From positions 112,592,001 to 112,656,000 of the forward strand of contig OX597823.1 of assembly GCA_951406725.2 (NCBI GenBank): a stretch of DNA of 64,000 nucleotides, written 5' to 3'. A program made the position numbers and the translations under genes. This document shows, in pieces, positions 39,000 through 52,001 of this stretch; position 1 is the first letter of the stretch, and each line of letters opens with the position of its first letter. The notes beneath the pieces are model-generated. The model had not been told where the DNA came from, ran no database searches, and worked only from the letters and a program-made list of their open reading frames with translations. This DNA is from Octopus vulgaris. Its lineage: Eukaryota.

Positions 39000-39677
39000 A
39001 GAAATTGGTAAGCTGGAGAGCTGCACCAGGTTCCAATCTGATTTGGTATGATTTCTACAGCTGGATGCCCTTCCCAATGCCAACCACTCCAAGAGTGTAA
39101 TGGGTGCCTTTTTACATGCCACCGGCATGGGTGCCCTTGGATTTTTCAAATTACTTTTGGGAGAGGTAGTTACAGTTAGCCGGTATGTCTGTTAAATATG
39201 GATGCAAAGGACGAGAGTGGCCTGGGGGAATTCTACTCTCCATATGCAGCGGTAGATTGAGTAATTATTATCATTGCCATCATCATCATCATCATAATCA
39301 TCGTTATCATCATCATCATCACTGCCATCGACGTTTTCATCATAATTTCTATCACATCTTCAGCTATTATTTCGTGCGTCACGTGAATGCGTGCAGATAT
39401 GCAGCGCAAACATGGCAAGGAACAGAAAAGCGTCCTTAAATATGCATTTGCAAGCAATGCTACTTGAAAGGAAGTATGCTGAAGTAACGTGCATTGCAAA
39501 ACATGCAACGACGTGTGCACATTTGTGCAATAACTGACCTTGATGTTAATTAAATAACCAAATTCCTCAACAGATAATATGAACTCTTCTCATGCAGGAA
39601 TAAGGGGATGATATTGACATGTGTGCGTGTGAGTATGTATGTATATATATATATATATTCACACACGTACATACATG

Positions 39678-39720
<43 letters not shown>

Positions 39721-39870
39721 ATGTATATACATGTGTGTGTGTGTGTGTGTGTGTATGTGTGTGTGTGTATGAATATGTGAATATTTATCTATTTATAATG
39801 TACGTCTGTCTGTTTCCCCCTTACTCTCTCTTTCTCCTCTCTCTCTCTCTATATATGTATATGTGTGTAT

Positions 39871-39901
<31 letters not shown>

Positions 39902-40599
39902 CACATATGTATATATGTTGATGTTTATAAATGGGGAATGACATGTAGTGTGTATGTGTCTGTGTGTGTCCTGTATGTATAAGCATTATATGTGTGTGTG
40001 TATGTGTGTGAGTTGACAGACAGACAGATAATTAGACTGACAAATACAAAGAATAGATATATCAGTAGAAATATTTACGAGGAGTGAAGACTCCTGTGTT
40101 TGTTTTGCTTATGTTTATATGTATGTATTGGGGTCAGTTTAATCCTGGATTTGAAAGGGTCCTTGATTGGCTCCAGGTGGAGTTTCTCCTATCTAAGGCC
40201 TCTATCATGTAACTGTTATTGTTTACCACGTCTACACCCCTAATTCCTTTCGATTTCATTGGATTTCAATATAAAGCCACTCCCTACAATTTTCGCAACT
40301 TGCCCTCACTCTGTTGTGCCTTCATCCATTGCTCATAGTAACTGTAATAAAGAATTACCATGACCATCCCCACCTATGAGGGCAGTGGGTTGGCTGAATC
40401 ATTAGCATATCAGAGTAAATGCTTAGTGGTATTTCTTCTGACGCATTGCATTCGGGGTTCAAATCCTGCCGTATTTGACTTTGCTTTCATCCTCTCAGAG
40501 TTGATAAAATAAGTACTGGTTGAACAAAGGGTTTGATGCATTTGCCTTCCACTTCTCAAACTTACTGGCCTTGTACCCCAATTTTTTTTTTCTGCCTTT

Positions 40600-41130
40600 A
40601 ACCCTCCAACGCTGAGTATAGGCCACTGATAATTGAATTCCATGTCGCATAAATTTTTGCTTCTGTACTTATACTCTGCCATGAATGTCCCCCTATCTCT
40701 AGTTCCTTTTGTGTTGATCTCCGCCACGAGTTCTTAGGCCTACCTCTCTTTCTATATCCATCCGGATTCCACTTTAAAGCACTTTTCGCTACATTTGGTG
40801 TATCTTTTCTAATTGTGCTACCAATCCACTTCCACTTTTTCTTAAATATTTACTCCCTAATCGAAACTTGATTTGTTCTTTGCCATAGCTCCCTATTGCT
40901 TATGTATCCGGGCCATCTAATTTTAAGTATACTACGCAAGCATCTGTTGATGAATGATTGTATTTGCTTATTTGACTTAACTGTTGTTCGCCATGTCTCA
41001 GCTCCATACAATAACACCGCTTTTATGTTAGTGTTAAAAGTTCTTATTTTGTTCTTTATTGAAATTACACTTGCGCTCCATACTTTCTTTAACAGGTGAA
41101 AAGCGGTCCTTGCCTTACTTGTTTTCATCT
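40600..41130 (-). mobile_element. RTE-clade LINE, 5'-truncated (C-terminal RT region)
   Basis: KARTAFHLLKKVW...FNTNIKAVLLYGAETW...FINRCLRSILKIRWP..ISNRELW, then after a stop KWKWIG...ALKWNPDG.RKRGRPKNSWRR. Confidence 0.92.
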
Positions 41131-41610
41131 TAATATTACAAAAATTAGAAAGAATTATTATTATTATTATTATTATTGTTATTATTATTATTTTTATTTT
41201 TATTAATATTAAAGTGGCGAGCTGGCAAAATCGTTAGCTGTATTTAATCTGTCTTTACGTTTTGATTTCAAATTCCATTGAGGTTGTCTTTGACTTTCAT
41301 TTTGGGGTCAATAAATTGAGTACCAGTTGAGTACTGGGGTTGATATAATTGACTTACCTCTCCTCCAAATTTCAGGCCTTGTGCCTATAATAGAATGGAT
41401 CATCATCATCATCGAGGTAGCAAGCTGATAGAAGTATTTGCGGCAAAATGCTTAGCAATATTTTGTCTGCCGCTTTGTTCTGAGATCAATTCATCCTTTC
41501 GGGTCTGATAAATTAAGAACTAGTCAAACGCTGTGGGAGATATAATCAACTCATCCCCACCCCCTCCCCCCAAATTGCTGCCTTTGTGAAAAAATTTGAA
41601 ACCATCATCA

Positions 41611-41641
<31 letters not shown>

Positions 41642-41674
41642 CATAAATGTTGGGAATACAGGCTATATACCATA

Positions 41675-42100
41675 TACTCTTTACTCTCTTTTACTCTTTT
41701 ACTTGTTTCAGTCATTTGACTGCGGCCATGCTGGAGCACCGCCTTTAGTCGAGTGAATCGACCCCGGGACTTATTCTTTCTAAGCCCAGTACTTATTTTA
41801 TTGGTCTCTTTTGCTGAACCGCTAAGTGACGGTGGACGTAAACACACCAGCATCAGTTGTCAAGTGATGTTGGGGGGACAAACACAGACACACAAACATA
41901 TACACACACATACATACATATATATACACATATATACGACAGGCTTCTTTCAGTTTCCGTCTACCAAATCCATTCACAAGGCATTGGTCGGCCTGGGGCT
42001 ATAGCAGAAGACACTTGCCCAAGATGCCATGCAGTGGGACTGAACCCGGAACCATGTGGTTGGTAAGCAAGCTACTTACCACACAGCCACTCCCGCGCCT
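41675..42100 (-). mobile_element. SINE family B
   Basis: Full-length match with (ttactctt)n tail. Confidence 0.82.
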
Positions 42101-42594
42101 ATATATATATATGTGTCTGTGTTTGTCCCCCTCCTGCCCACCACAATCACATGACAACAGAGAATATGTACAAGACTTGAAAAAAATAAGTGCCGGGGTT
42201 GATCTGTTTGACTAAATCCTTCAAAGTGGTGCTCCAGCATGGCCACAGTCTGATGGCTGAAACAAATAAAAATGGCTAAGAAAGCTATAAGGCTGCATGC
42301 AGATTAGAAGAGTCGTTAGGGTGTAAGGCAAAATACCTTGTGGCATTTTTTTGCAACACTCTGAACTTTGAGTTCAAATCTTCCTGTGGTCAATTTCACC
42401 TGCTGTTCTTTTGGGGTTGGGTTGGTTAAAAGATGAGAGAAGTGACACCCCAGTCACAGGAGGGCTGTCAGTGAAGAATGGGGTCACTTCTGTTAGAAGT
42501 TAGGCAACCCAAAAGATAATATCAGCAATTTGAAAAAGCAATGGAAATATAATTTCTTTGGTTCTATCAAAAGATTGCCTGGTACGCTTAGACA

Positions 42595-42750
42595 CAGACA
42601 GACACACATACACACACACATATATGTATATAGTAATATATCTATATGTACATGTGTGTTTGTGCATATAGAAATATATGTATGTGTGTATGTATATATA
42701 TATATATGTATGTACATATATATATGTGCTTGTATATATGTATGTGTGTG

Positions 42751-42789
<39 letters not shown>

Positions 42790-42885
42790 CTATATATGTA
42801 TGTATATATGTATATATGTGTATATATCTGTATGTATATATATATGTAATAGATATGTATATATATATATGTACACATATATATG

Positions 42886-42932
<47 letters not shown>

Positions 42933-42955
42933 GTATATATATATGTATATATATG

Positions 42956-42993
<38 letters not shown>

Positions 42994-43321
42994 TTGTGTA
43001 TATATATATGTATATACATGTCTGTATATATATGTATATATATCTTTATTTATGTACATATATGTATTTATGTATTTACTCACATATGTATATGTATGTG
43101 TGTGTATGTGTGTATATATATGTTTGTATGTGTATTTATGTATGTATATATATATATATATATATATAACTGTATATATGTGTATGTATGTATGTATGTA
43201 TTTGTGTAATATATTTAAATATATAAGAGCAAGATTGTGACATGACAGACTTTACTAGATAGTTCACTGTTTCAATCAGAACTTCTTTGAGACTATCTCT
43301 GTGGAGAGAGAGAGAGAGAGA

Positions 43322-43360
<39 letters not shown>
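42595..43360. repeat. (TA)n/(TG)n/(GA)n/(CA)n microsatellite field
   Basis: Direct reading; similar fields at 34350-34830, 35255-35645, 49845-50480, 55780-56280. Confidence 0.95.
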
Positions 43361-43364
<4 letters not shown>

Positions 43365-43802
43365 TTTATAAAAGTAGTCTCCGCTGCTCTTTTGTACTGA
43401 CATGTAAATTTGTATGAGAGCTTTTCACCTTTTTTTTTAAAGCAATATTCTTCTCAAAGAAAAGTTCCATTCACTTTATTTAATAAAGAATGTGAAGTAT
43501 GATGACTATTTGGCAGTAATGAATTTTTCTGAGGTTAGGGAATGTCAGTGAGAGGCTTTTTACTTTATAATTCCACTCAGCAGCCACTCACAAAAATCCT
43601 AAATACTTCTTTAAGTCAGCAAAGATCTACAGTTAACTTACTTTTCATTGACGAGGCCTAATAACACTGAATGTGTCTGAATATGCCAACACAATACTTA
43701 ACATCGAACTTGCTGTTCTGTTGCTATCACTCAATTTATGACAATTTAGAATTGTCTCCCCTGCATTTTTTGACTAGAATTAGTTGTCTTTATCATCAAA
43801 GA

Positions 43803-44213
43803 TACTCTTTTTACTTGTTTCAGTCATTTGACTGTGGCCATGCTGGAGCACTGCCTTTAGTCGTGTGTGCAAATCGACTCCAGGACTTATTCTTTGTAAG
43901 CCTAGTGCTTATTCTATCAGTCTCTTTTGCCGAACCACTAAGTTACGGGGATGTAAACACACCAGCATCGGTTGTCAAGTGATGTTGGGGGGATAAACAC
44001 AGATACACTAACATATTGACACACACACACACATACATACGTACATACATATATCTCATCATCATCATCGTTTAACATCCGTTTTCCATGCCAGCACAGG
44101 TTGGACGGTTTGACTGGGGTCTGGGAAGCCAAGAGGTTGCACCAGGCTCCAGTCTGATCTGGCAGTGTTTCTACAGCTGGATGCCTTCCTAATGCCAACC
44201 ACTCCGTGATATC

Positions 44214-44244
<31 letters not shown>

Positions 44245-44428
44245 ACATATATACATATATATGATGGGCTTCTTTCAGTTTCTGTCTACCAGATCCACTC
44301 ACAAGGCTCTGGTCGGCCCAAGGCTATAGTAGAAGACACTTGCCCAAGGTGCCACATAGTGGGACTGAACCCGGAACCATGTGGTTGGTAAGCAAGCTAC
44401 TTACCCCAGAGCCACTCCTACGCCTATA
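43803..44428 (-). mobile_element. SINE family B with nested family C (44057-44208)
   Basis: Family C copy inserted in the microsatellite linker. Confidence 0.8.
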
Positions 44429-44823
44429 CAAATTTTAAGATTTCTTCAATTATTGCATTAATTATGATAATTCTCACCAAACTGTGATATTAATGGTTAT
44501 GCTTAATTCCTACATTGTCTTTAAAGAACATGGATGGTAATGGATTTATTAAATTTGTGATTTGACATCATGAATTATATCACAGCACTGATAATTATAA
44601 TGGAGGTATTGATAATGATCAAAATGTAGGTGGAGTCTTTGATAATGACGATAATGAGGGTGGAGGTGTTGATAATGACAACAGTGACAGTAGAGGTTTT
44701 GATAATTAGTAAAGATAGTAGAGGTGTTGATTAAAATAATGATGAAAGTGGAAAAGTTGATAATGATAATAAAAAAATGTGGAAATGTTGATAACGACAA
44801 AAATGAGGTTGGAAATGTTGATG

Positions 44824-44863
<40 letters not shown>

Positions 44864-44867
44864 CTAT

Positions 44868-45160
44868 TTAAAATGGGAAATATGAAGGTTGTGGTCATTG
44901 AAGAGAGAAGACTTGATACCAATAGCAATTGGTGCACTTGGAAGTATTAGTACTCAACTGCCAACATGGCTGAAAAAGATTGGTGCATGTGTGAAGGTAG
45001 AACACCTACAAAAGTCACCATTGCTTGGAACTGTAAGAATTCTTTGCAGGGTTCTTGAAGCGTAACCAGTAAAGCAAGTGTCATCTTAGTCTGCTGGCTG
45101 TGGACAGCTGACACCTCACATTATACCCGGCAATATAATCTGTGAGTTTTAATACAATAA
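44868..45160 (+). mobile_element. R4/Dong-type non-LTR retrotransposon 3' fragment (restriction-like endonuclease end)
   Basis: LKWEI*RLWSLK...IPIAIGALGSISTQLPTWLKKIG...EHLQKSPLLGTVRILCRVLEA* (stop 45063-45065); sits in a (TAA)n tract. Confidence 0.8.
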
Positions 45161-45404
45161 TGATGATGATAACTGTGGTTTCAAATTTTGCCACAAGGCC
45201 AGTAATTTTAGGAGACGGGGGACTAAGTAGATTACGTTGACTCCAGAGATCAACTTGTATGCTGGAAAAATGAAAGGCTGAGTCAACCTTGCAGAATATG
45301 AACTCAGAATGTAAAGATGGACAAAATGCCGCTAAGCATTTTGCCTGGTTTGCTAACAATTCTACCAGCTTGCCAATAATAATAAATCCTCTCTATTCTA
45401 GGTT

Positions 45405-45712
45405 GTTGTTTGTTTGTTCCTTCTCGAGCCATGCCCGGCTCATAAGGGCCGGTTTCCCGGTTTCCTTGGCGTATAGGTTCCCCACCTGGACAGGACGCCG
45501 GTCCGTCGCAGGTGAGTTGCAAGATGCAGGAGGAAAGAGTGAGAGAAGTTTGAGGTGAAAGAGTCAGGAGGTTTGCTATTACCTTCTGCCAGAGCCGCGT
45601 GGAGCATAGGTGCTTCGCTCATAAACACACACATCGCCCGGTCTGAGATTCGATCCCGCGATCCCTCAACCGCGAGTCCGCTGCTCTAACCACTAGGCCA
45701 TGTGCCTCCACT
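45405..45712 (-). mobile_element. tRNA-derived SINE (another family)
   Basis: Minus strand begins ggaggcacatggcctagtggttagagcagcggactc...ggatcgaatctc (A/B boxes); flanking duplication ctctattctagg at ~45390 and ~45711. Confidence 0.8.
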
Positions 45713-47207
45713 CTATTCTAGGTACAAGGGCTGAGAGTTTTAGGGAGGGTTGTTTGTTGATTACGTTGATCCCAGTGTGTAACTGGTACTTATTGTATCT
45801 GAAAGGTATGAAAAACCGAGTCAGCCTCAATGGTATCCAAACTCGGAATTTAAGGATGGGAGCAGGGGAAATTTGATAATGATGATAGTGAGGGGAAATG
45901 TGGATATTGACAAAATAAGGGAGAAGGTGTTGATAATGGCAATAATGAGGGGGTAAATATCGATAATAACAATAATGATGGTAGAAATGTTGATGATCAG
46001 TGGTGGTGATGGAGATGCTGATAATGATAGCCATTAATGATGTGGTGTGTGTGGGAGGGATGGGGAAAGGTATTGATAATAGCAATAATGAGGTGGTGGG
46101 GTTGATAAAGGCTATAAAAGGGGTAGAGGTATTGATAATGATGGCCGATCTGGTGTTAATGACTGTAACGTTTGTGGCAGTGTTAATGATGATGATGATA
46201 GTGGAGGTTGTTGATGATAAGATTGGCGTGATGAGGGTGGTGGCGATGACGGTGGTGGTGCTGATGACGATGGTGGTGGCGATGACGGTGGTGGTGCCGA
46301 TGATGATGATGGCAATGTGAACCTCAGATTTCAGATCACAGTTGTCACACATTAATTTCCTTTTGCAACCACGATGTATTACACCACCTCCACTCCCCCC
46401 CCCCCCGAGTGTGGTTGGTCGGGGAGGGGGGGCTTATCACTCGAAGATTTGTCAAGTTCAAAATTTATTGTGAAATTTATTGAACCTCCAACAGTTTGAA
46501 GCTGGCCACTGTCCAAACAACGTTGAGAATATTTGGTGGAGATGGTGACCAGAATGGTGGGGGGTAGTGTTGCATTGATGGTGTATGCTGACAGTGATGG
46601 GGTGTGGTGGTGGTGGGAGTGGGATGTGATGGTATTGATGGAGTGCAATGATAATGTTCGGCATGTGTGATGATGATGATGATGATGATGATGAGAGGGA
46701 AGCTGGTGAGGGTGGCTAAAGATGGTGACTATGCATAGCGATGATGGGTGCATGAGTGATAATTAATGAAGTGGTTGATGGCGGTGGTCGGAGGTGGTGA
46801 CTGCAGTGGCAGCGACAGAGAGAGAGGCTGGTGGTAGTAACGGAGTGGTTTTATGATGTGATGATGCGGATGATGATGGTGATGGTTGAGATGTTGTGAC
46901 TATAGTGCTGAACATGGTAGTGGTATTTGTTGATGATGATGATGATGATGATGAAGAAGAAGAACTGCTGCTGTTGTTGTTATTCCTAACTGTTGTTGTT
47001 TACCGATTTTTTTCTGCCAAAATATGAGCAGCAGCCATAAATGGCCACCCTGACACAGCTTCAGCAGCTAATTAACAGCTGTTTACAAGAAATTTTCTTT
47101 GAATTAGTCACATACACCTCGTTTGTGTATTGAAGACTGCAGACTTCTGCAATGAATGAATTGGTGAGAGAAATAGCAGAGAAAGAGAGAAACAGAGATG
47201 TGGGAGA

Positions 47208-47246
<39 letters not shown>

Positions 47247-49901
47247 TGTTTCTTTGTAGATGTGTGTTCCCATGTGTATGTGTTTAGTCAACCATGTGTT
47301 CTCATTATGTGTGTTGTCAACCTTTATGATCAAGTAACCTGGTTATCAAAAGCATTCTAGCCACGACCACACAGTCTGTTATTCTAGGCTTTGTATATCT
47401 TGGCTTACACTATCCATTGTGTATTTTTTACGTCTAAGAGACCAGGATGTAGTTTGCAAAATATTTGACTGCTATGTCTAGCATGTAGTGCAGCCACTTA
47501 CAAGCTTTTGCCGTCAGTGATACACTAGAGTTTTTTCTAGCAGGTGGAATGACAACTTATAACAGACCTACACCCTGTCACACATCTCTGTATCGCACAT
47601 CAGACTGTCACATCATGCCATGTTACAATATCTCCATGTCACATGTGACACTAAATCATTTCATAAACTCTGTGTCACACTACATTATGTCACCCTACTC
47701 CATGAGACACATCTCTGTATCAACATCACACTGAAGTATATTATGCCATGTTACACCATACTGTGTCACATATTTTCTTGTCACTCATCACACTGTCGCA
47801 CCATATCATATTACACCATGTCACACATCACGCCATGTCACAGCAAAGCATCTCACAAACACTGTGTCACAATCATCATGTCACACAGCTTCATGTAATA
47901 CTAAATCTTGTTACACCACGTGTCATTCCACACTGTCACACATTTAATTATATCTCATCATACCGTATCACACTACACCTTGTTACTTCACATCACGTCA
48001 CTACACTGCATTACGCTACATCATATTACACATGGCACCTTGTCACACCACATAATGTCAAACATCATACGATGTCTCACATCACCATGTTACACACATC
48101 ATGTTACAGTCACGAACATTAAAACACTGTTGAGCTGTATCATTCAGTCTTAGTCACATTCATTCAATCACTTTCAGTTTTCAGCTCCTACCTTTTCTAT
48201 CAGTCAGAATCAGTGTGACAGTGACAAAGCTAACCCTTTGAATTACAGATACACTCCACCAGAGAGGCTTCCCTACAGTTTCTGCCCACTGAATTTCACT
48301 CACATGAATTGGGTTGATCCTAGGTTGTGTTTGAAGACACTTGCTTAAGATTATTGTCTTGTAAGTTATATTATGTATTAGAATGTAAGGATGACTGTTT
48401 TTATAAAATAACTATGCAGACCATTATTACTATATGTACATCATATAATCTGATATAACCAACCAGAGTAAAGCTCCCCACCACTTTGGTCATAAATGAC
48501 CATGGGACTGCATCTAGAAAATTCCCTTCGGAGGTACAAGTCTGGGCAAAGTTGTAAATGGAAGACCAGCAGTTGCCCTGTGTGATAGTGGACCAAGCTA
48601 ACTCTTTGAATTACAGATACACTCCACCAGAGAGGCTTCCGTACATTTTCCGTCCACTGAATTTCACTCACATGAATTGGGTTGATCCTAGGTTGCTTAA
48701 GATTCCATGCAGTGGTATCAGCGACAGACTTACCTCATTACTGTGAAACAACGACCTTCTTAATCACTTGGCCATGCATGGACCCATATATACAAACACA
48801 TACGCAGATACACACACACACACATACACACACTCAGATGTGTGTGTGTGCATGTGTGTTTGCTTCCCTTTAATCTACTATATATTTATTTGTCTTTGTT
48901 TTGTTATCCGTGTGTGTTTTACTCTTTTCATCTCTCCAGATGTATGTGATAGAAAGAGAGAGAGAAAGAAAGAAAGAGAGAGAGAGAGAGAAAGAGAGAG
49001 GGAGGGAGAGAGAGAGAAAGAGAGAGGGAGAGAGATAGATAGAGAGAAAGAGAGAGAGATAATGAGAGAGAGAGAGATAGAAAGAAAGAGAGAGAGAGAG
49101 AAAGAGATAGAGAGATAGATAGAGAGATAGAGAGGGAAAGAGATAGAGAGAGAGAGGTAGAGAGAGAGCCAGCCATCTGATACACAGATAGATATTTATG
49201 CAGGTATTTTACACACAGCAGTTAAAAATATGTGATTGTCTTCCATCGCAAGTCCCTATCACCCCACCACCACCACCACCACCACTGCCACCACCACCAC
49301 CACCACCACCACTGCCATATACATCCTCAAAAAAACACTTTGTTGAATTGATGTAGAAATTTCACATTCGTTGCTGGATCAATACAATTTCTGATTGGTT
49401 CAGTTACCTTGACAACAGCATTGGCAGGTGAGACGCAGTGGTAATGGGAACGCTGTGCGGTTAAGAAGACTACATCTGTTAATGGTTATCCGCCTCCGTG
49501 GTGCATACACTCCAAGTCTGTGTCTTTGGTGCCACATTGTCTGGCAAATCAGCCATTACCATATTTTATTTTGGAAGTTGCCGCCATTCACTGCACTTTT
49601 TCACTACCATTGATTGTTCGTTTATTGCTCGTCTTTCCTCCGGCTACGGAGCTCTTTTATCGTTACTACCTAGGTATCACCTACAAAGTATTGGCACTAG
49701 AACGAAAGATGCTGCTTATCTGTGCCAGGAATTCTCTCTCAGATCTGTATGACATTTTGAATCTTCTTGAGAAACTCATCAAAAAAGATCTGACATATTC
49801 TTTCATGCATTTATGTATCTCCACACTTGTGTATGAAAATTACATGATATATATATATATACACACATATATGCATATATATCTATATATATACATATAT
49901 A

Positions 49902-49972
<71 letters not shown>

Positions 49973-50019
49973 CATCATCATCATCATCATCGTTTTATAT
50001 ATATATATATACATATATT

Positions 50020-50055
<36 letters not shown>

Positions 50056-50123
50056 TATCTATCTATATACATATATATCTATCGATATATATATATATAT
50101 ACACATATATATCTATCAATCTG

Positions 50124-50154
<31 letters not shown>

Positions 50155-50475
50155 GGACATACATACAAATTTAATACACACACACACATATATATTGTCA
50201 TCATCATCTTTTAACATCCACCTTCCATGCTAGCAGATGTTAAATGATGGTGATAATATATATATTATATATATATATATATAATATATACGTACACACA
50301 CACTCATTCATACATATACACAAACATACACATACATACATGCATATAAATGTATATGCATGATGCACACATTTGAGAATTATATACGTACATATCTATA
50401 TATATATATATGTGTGTGTGTGTGCATGTATACAAACACACATTCATATATATATATATATCGCACATATCTATA

Positions 50476-50872
50476 TCTTTATATATAAAAGTGAGGTTGT
50501 GTGCTGTCTTTCTCCTATGATTTAGATTCCTAACTACTCCCACATTTTGCGGTGCAGTTTAACCAAAACCGGGTATCTTATAGTCGTGATTCATATCGAG
50601 CCCTTCTGGGTATTAGCGCACGTCTACGATGAGTCTATGATTTTAAAAAAAATTTACCATCAATTTTTCCCATTTTTAATGCATTTTTGGCATATATAAG
50701 GGAAGTAACTCTCTAAAAATTTATCATTAAATCTCAGAACGTAAAAAGCTACAGTAATACCCCACCTTTTGTGGTTAGCCATATTGAGATGGCTATTATA
50801 CTTTACATCTCTAAAAATGCTTATATAGTTATTTCCCTTACAAACCCAGGCAACGCCGGGCGATACTGCTAG
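50476..50872 (+). mobile_element. Non-autonomous Helitron
   Basis: A|TC 5' end; 3' hairpin cccaggcaacgccggg about 8 nt before CTAG|T; no TSD. Confidence 0.88.
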
Positions 50873-51489
50873 TATTTTATATAAATGCAATGCATAATTC
50901 TCTCTGTAGTTCATCATTGTACAGTTCATGCACTGAACCAAACCAGAGAGTGAATCAGCTCTCATGTCAATGTTTTGTAGCCAATGAAATTTCTGTGATT
51001 CACTCGGAAACCTTCACACATACGTGCACACCGCCATTAACAATATCGTAATGTATAGATTTACATTTACACTCTTTGTTCGCAAGAAAATTTTATATTA
51101 AACAATATCGCAAAGTAAGAAAGGAAACATCAGTTTGTTTTTGTTAATTGATAATATAATGTACGAAAGAAGTCCAGGAGGCAAAGACAGAAAGACACAC
51201 ACGTACAAACATTCACATATAGACTGAAAGGTATACAAACATTTCACATACACTTCTCACTAATACAGAGCTGTTTGCAAACGTAGACATTAATGTATAT
51301 AGGTAAAAAATAAAACAGAAGTTAAAACTGTACTCCAGTGAAGTTTGTCCGTTCTACCTACGCACACAGTCACTCAATATAAGTATATGTCTTGTAAGTT
51401 ATATTATGTATTAGAATGTAAGGATGACTGTTTTTATAAAATAACTATGCAGACCATTATTACTATATGTACATCATATAATCTTATAT

Positions 51490-51845
51490 AACCAACCAGA
51501 GTAAAGCTCCCCACCACTTTGGTCATAAATGACCATGGGACTGCATCTAGAAAGTTCCCTTCGGAGGCACAAGTCCGGGCAAGGTTGTAAATGGAAGACC
51601 AGCAGTCGCCCATGCATACCATCCTCCCCTCTCCACACCACCGATGTTATCCAAGAGAAAGACAAAGGCCGATATAGCTTGCCACTAGTGATGTCATAAC
51701 TCATTTCTTCATCTGAGTGAACTAGAGTGACGTGAAATAAAGTATCTTACTGAAGAACAGAACATACTGTCCGGTCTGAGAACCAGACTCATTACCTCAT
51801 GGTTGTAAGCCCGAGCTCTAACCACTGAGCCATGCACCTTCACTG
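51490..51845 (-). mobile_element. tRNA-derived SINE family D
   Basis: Reverse-complement similarity to 15110-15422. Confidence 0.75.
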
Positions 51846-52001
51846 CCACCTACCATGTAGTCAAATATTCTGTACCATATAGTCTACTACACTACCTTAT
51901 ATCATGTAGGCTAATATTGTACACCATTTACTGTTTCTGATAAGGGTAACGGCAATGAGAATTGAAACAGAGGGGTTCCAAAAATATCCTTAATATTTTC
52001 T

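Larger units (their letters stand above)
37424..39641. repeat. ~317-bp inverted duplication (37424-37740 / 39324-39641)
   Basis: About six mismatches by eye; gives the same MHTSLHVLQC... pseudo-ORF start on both strands. Confidence 0.95.

Noticed and set aside
49520-49800. LINE ORF2 tail (LFYRYY motif)
   Set aside because: Only one short motif matches; not enough to call.
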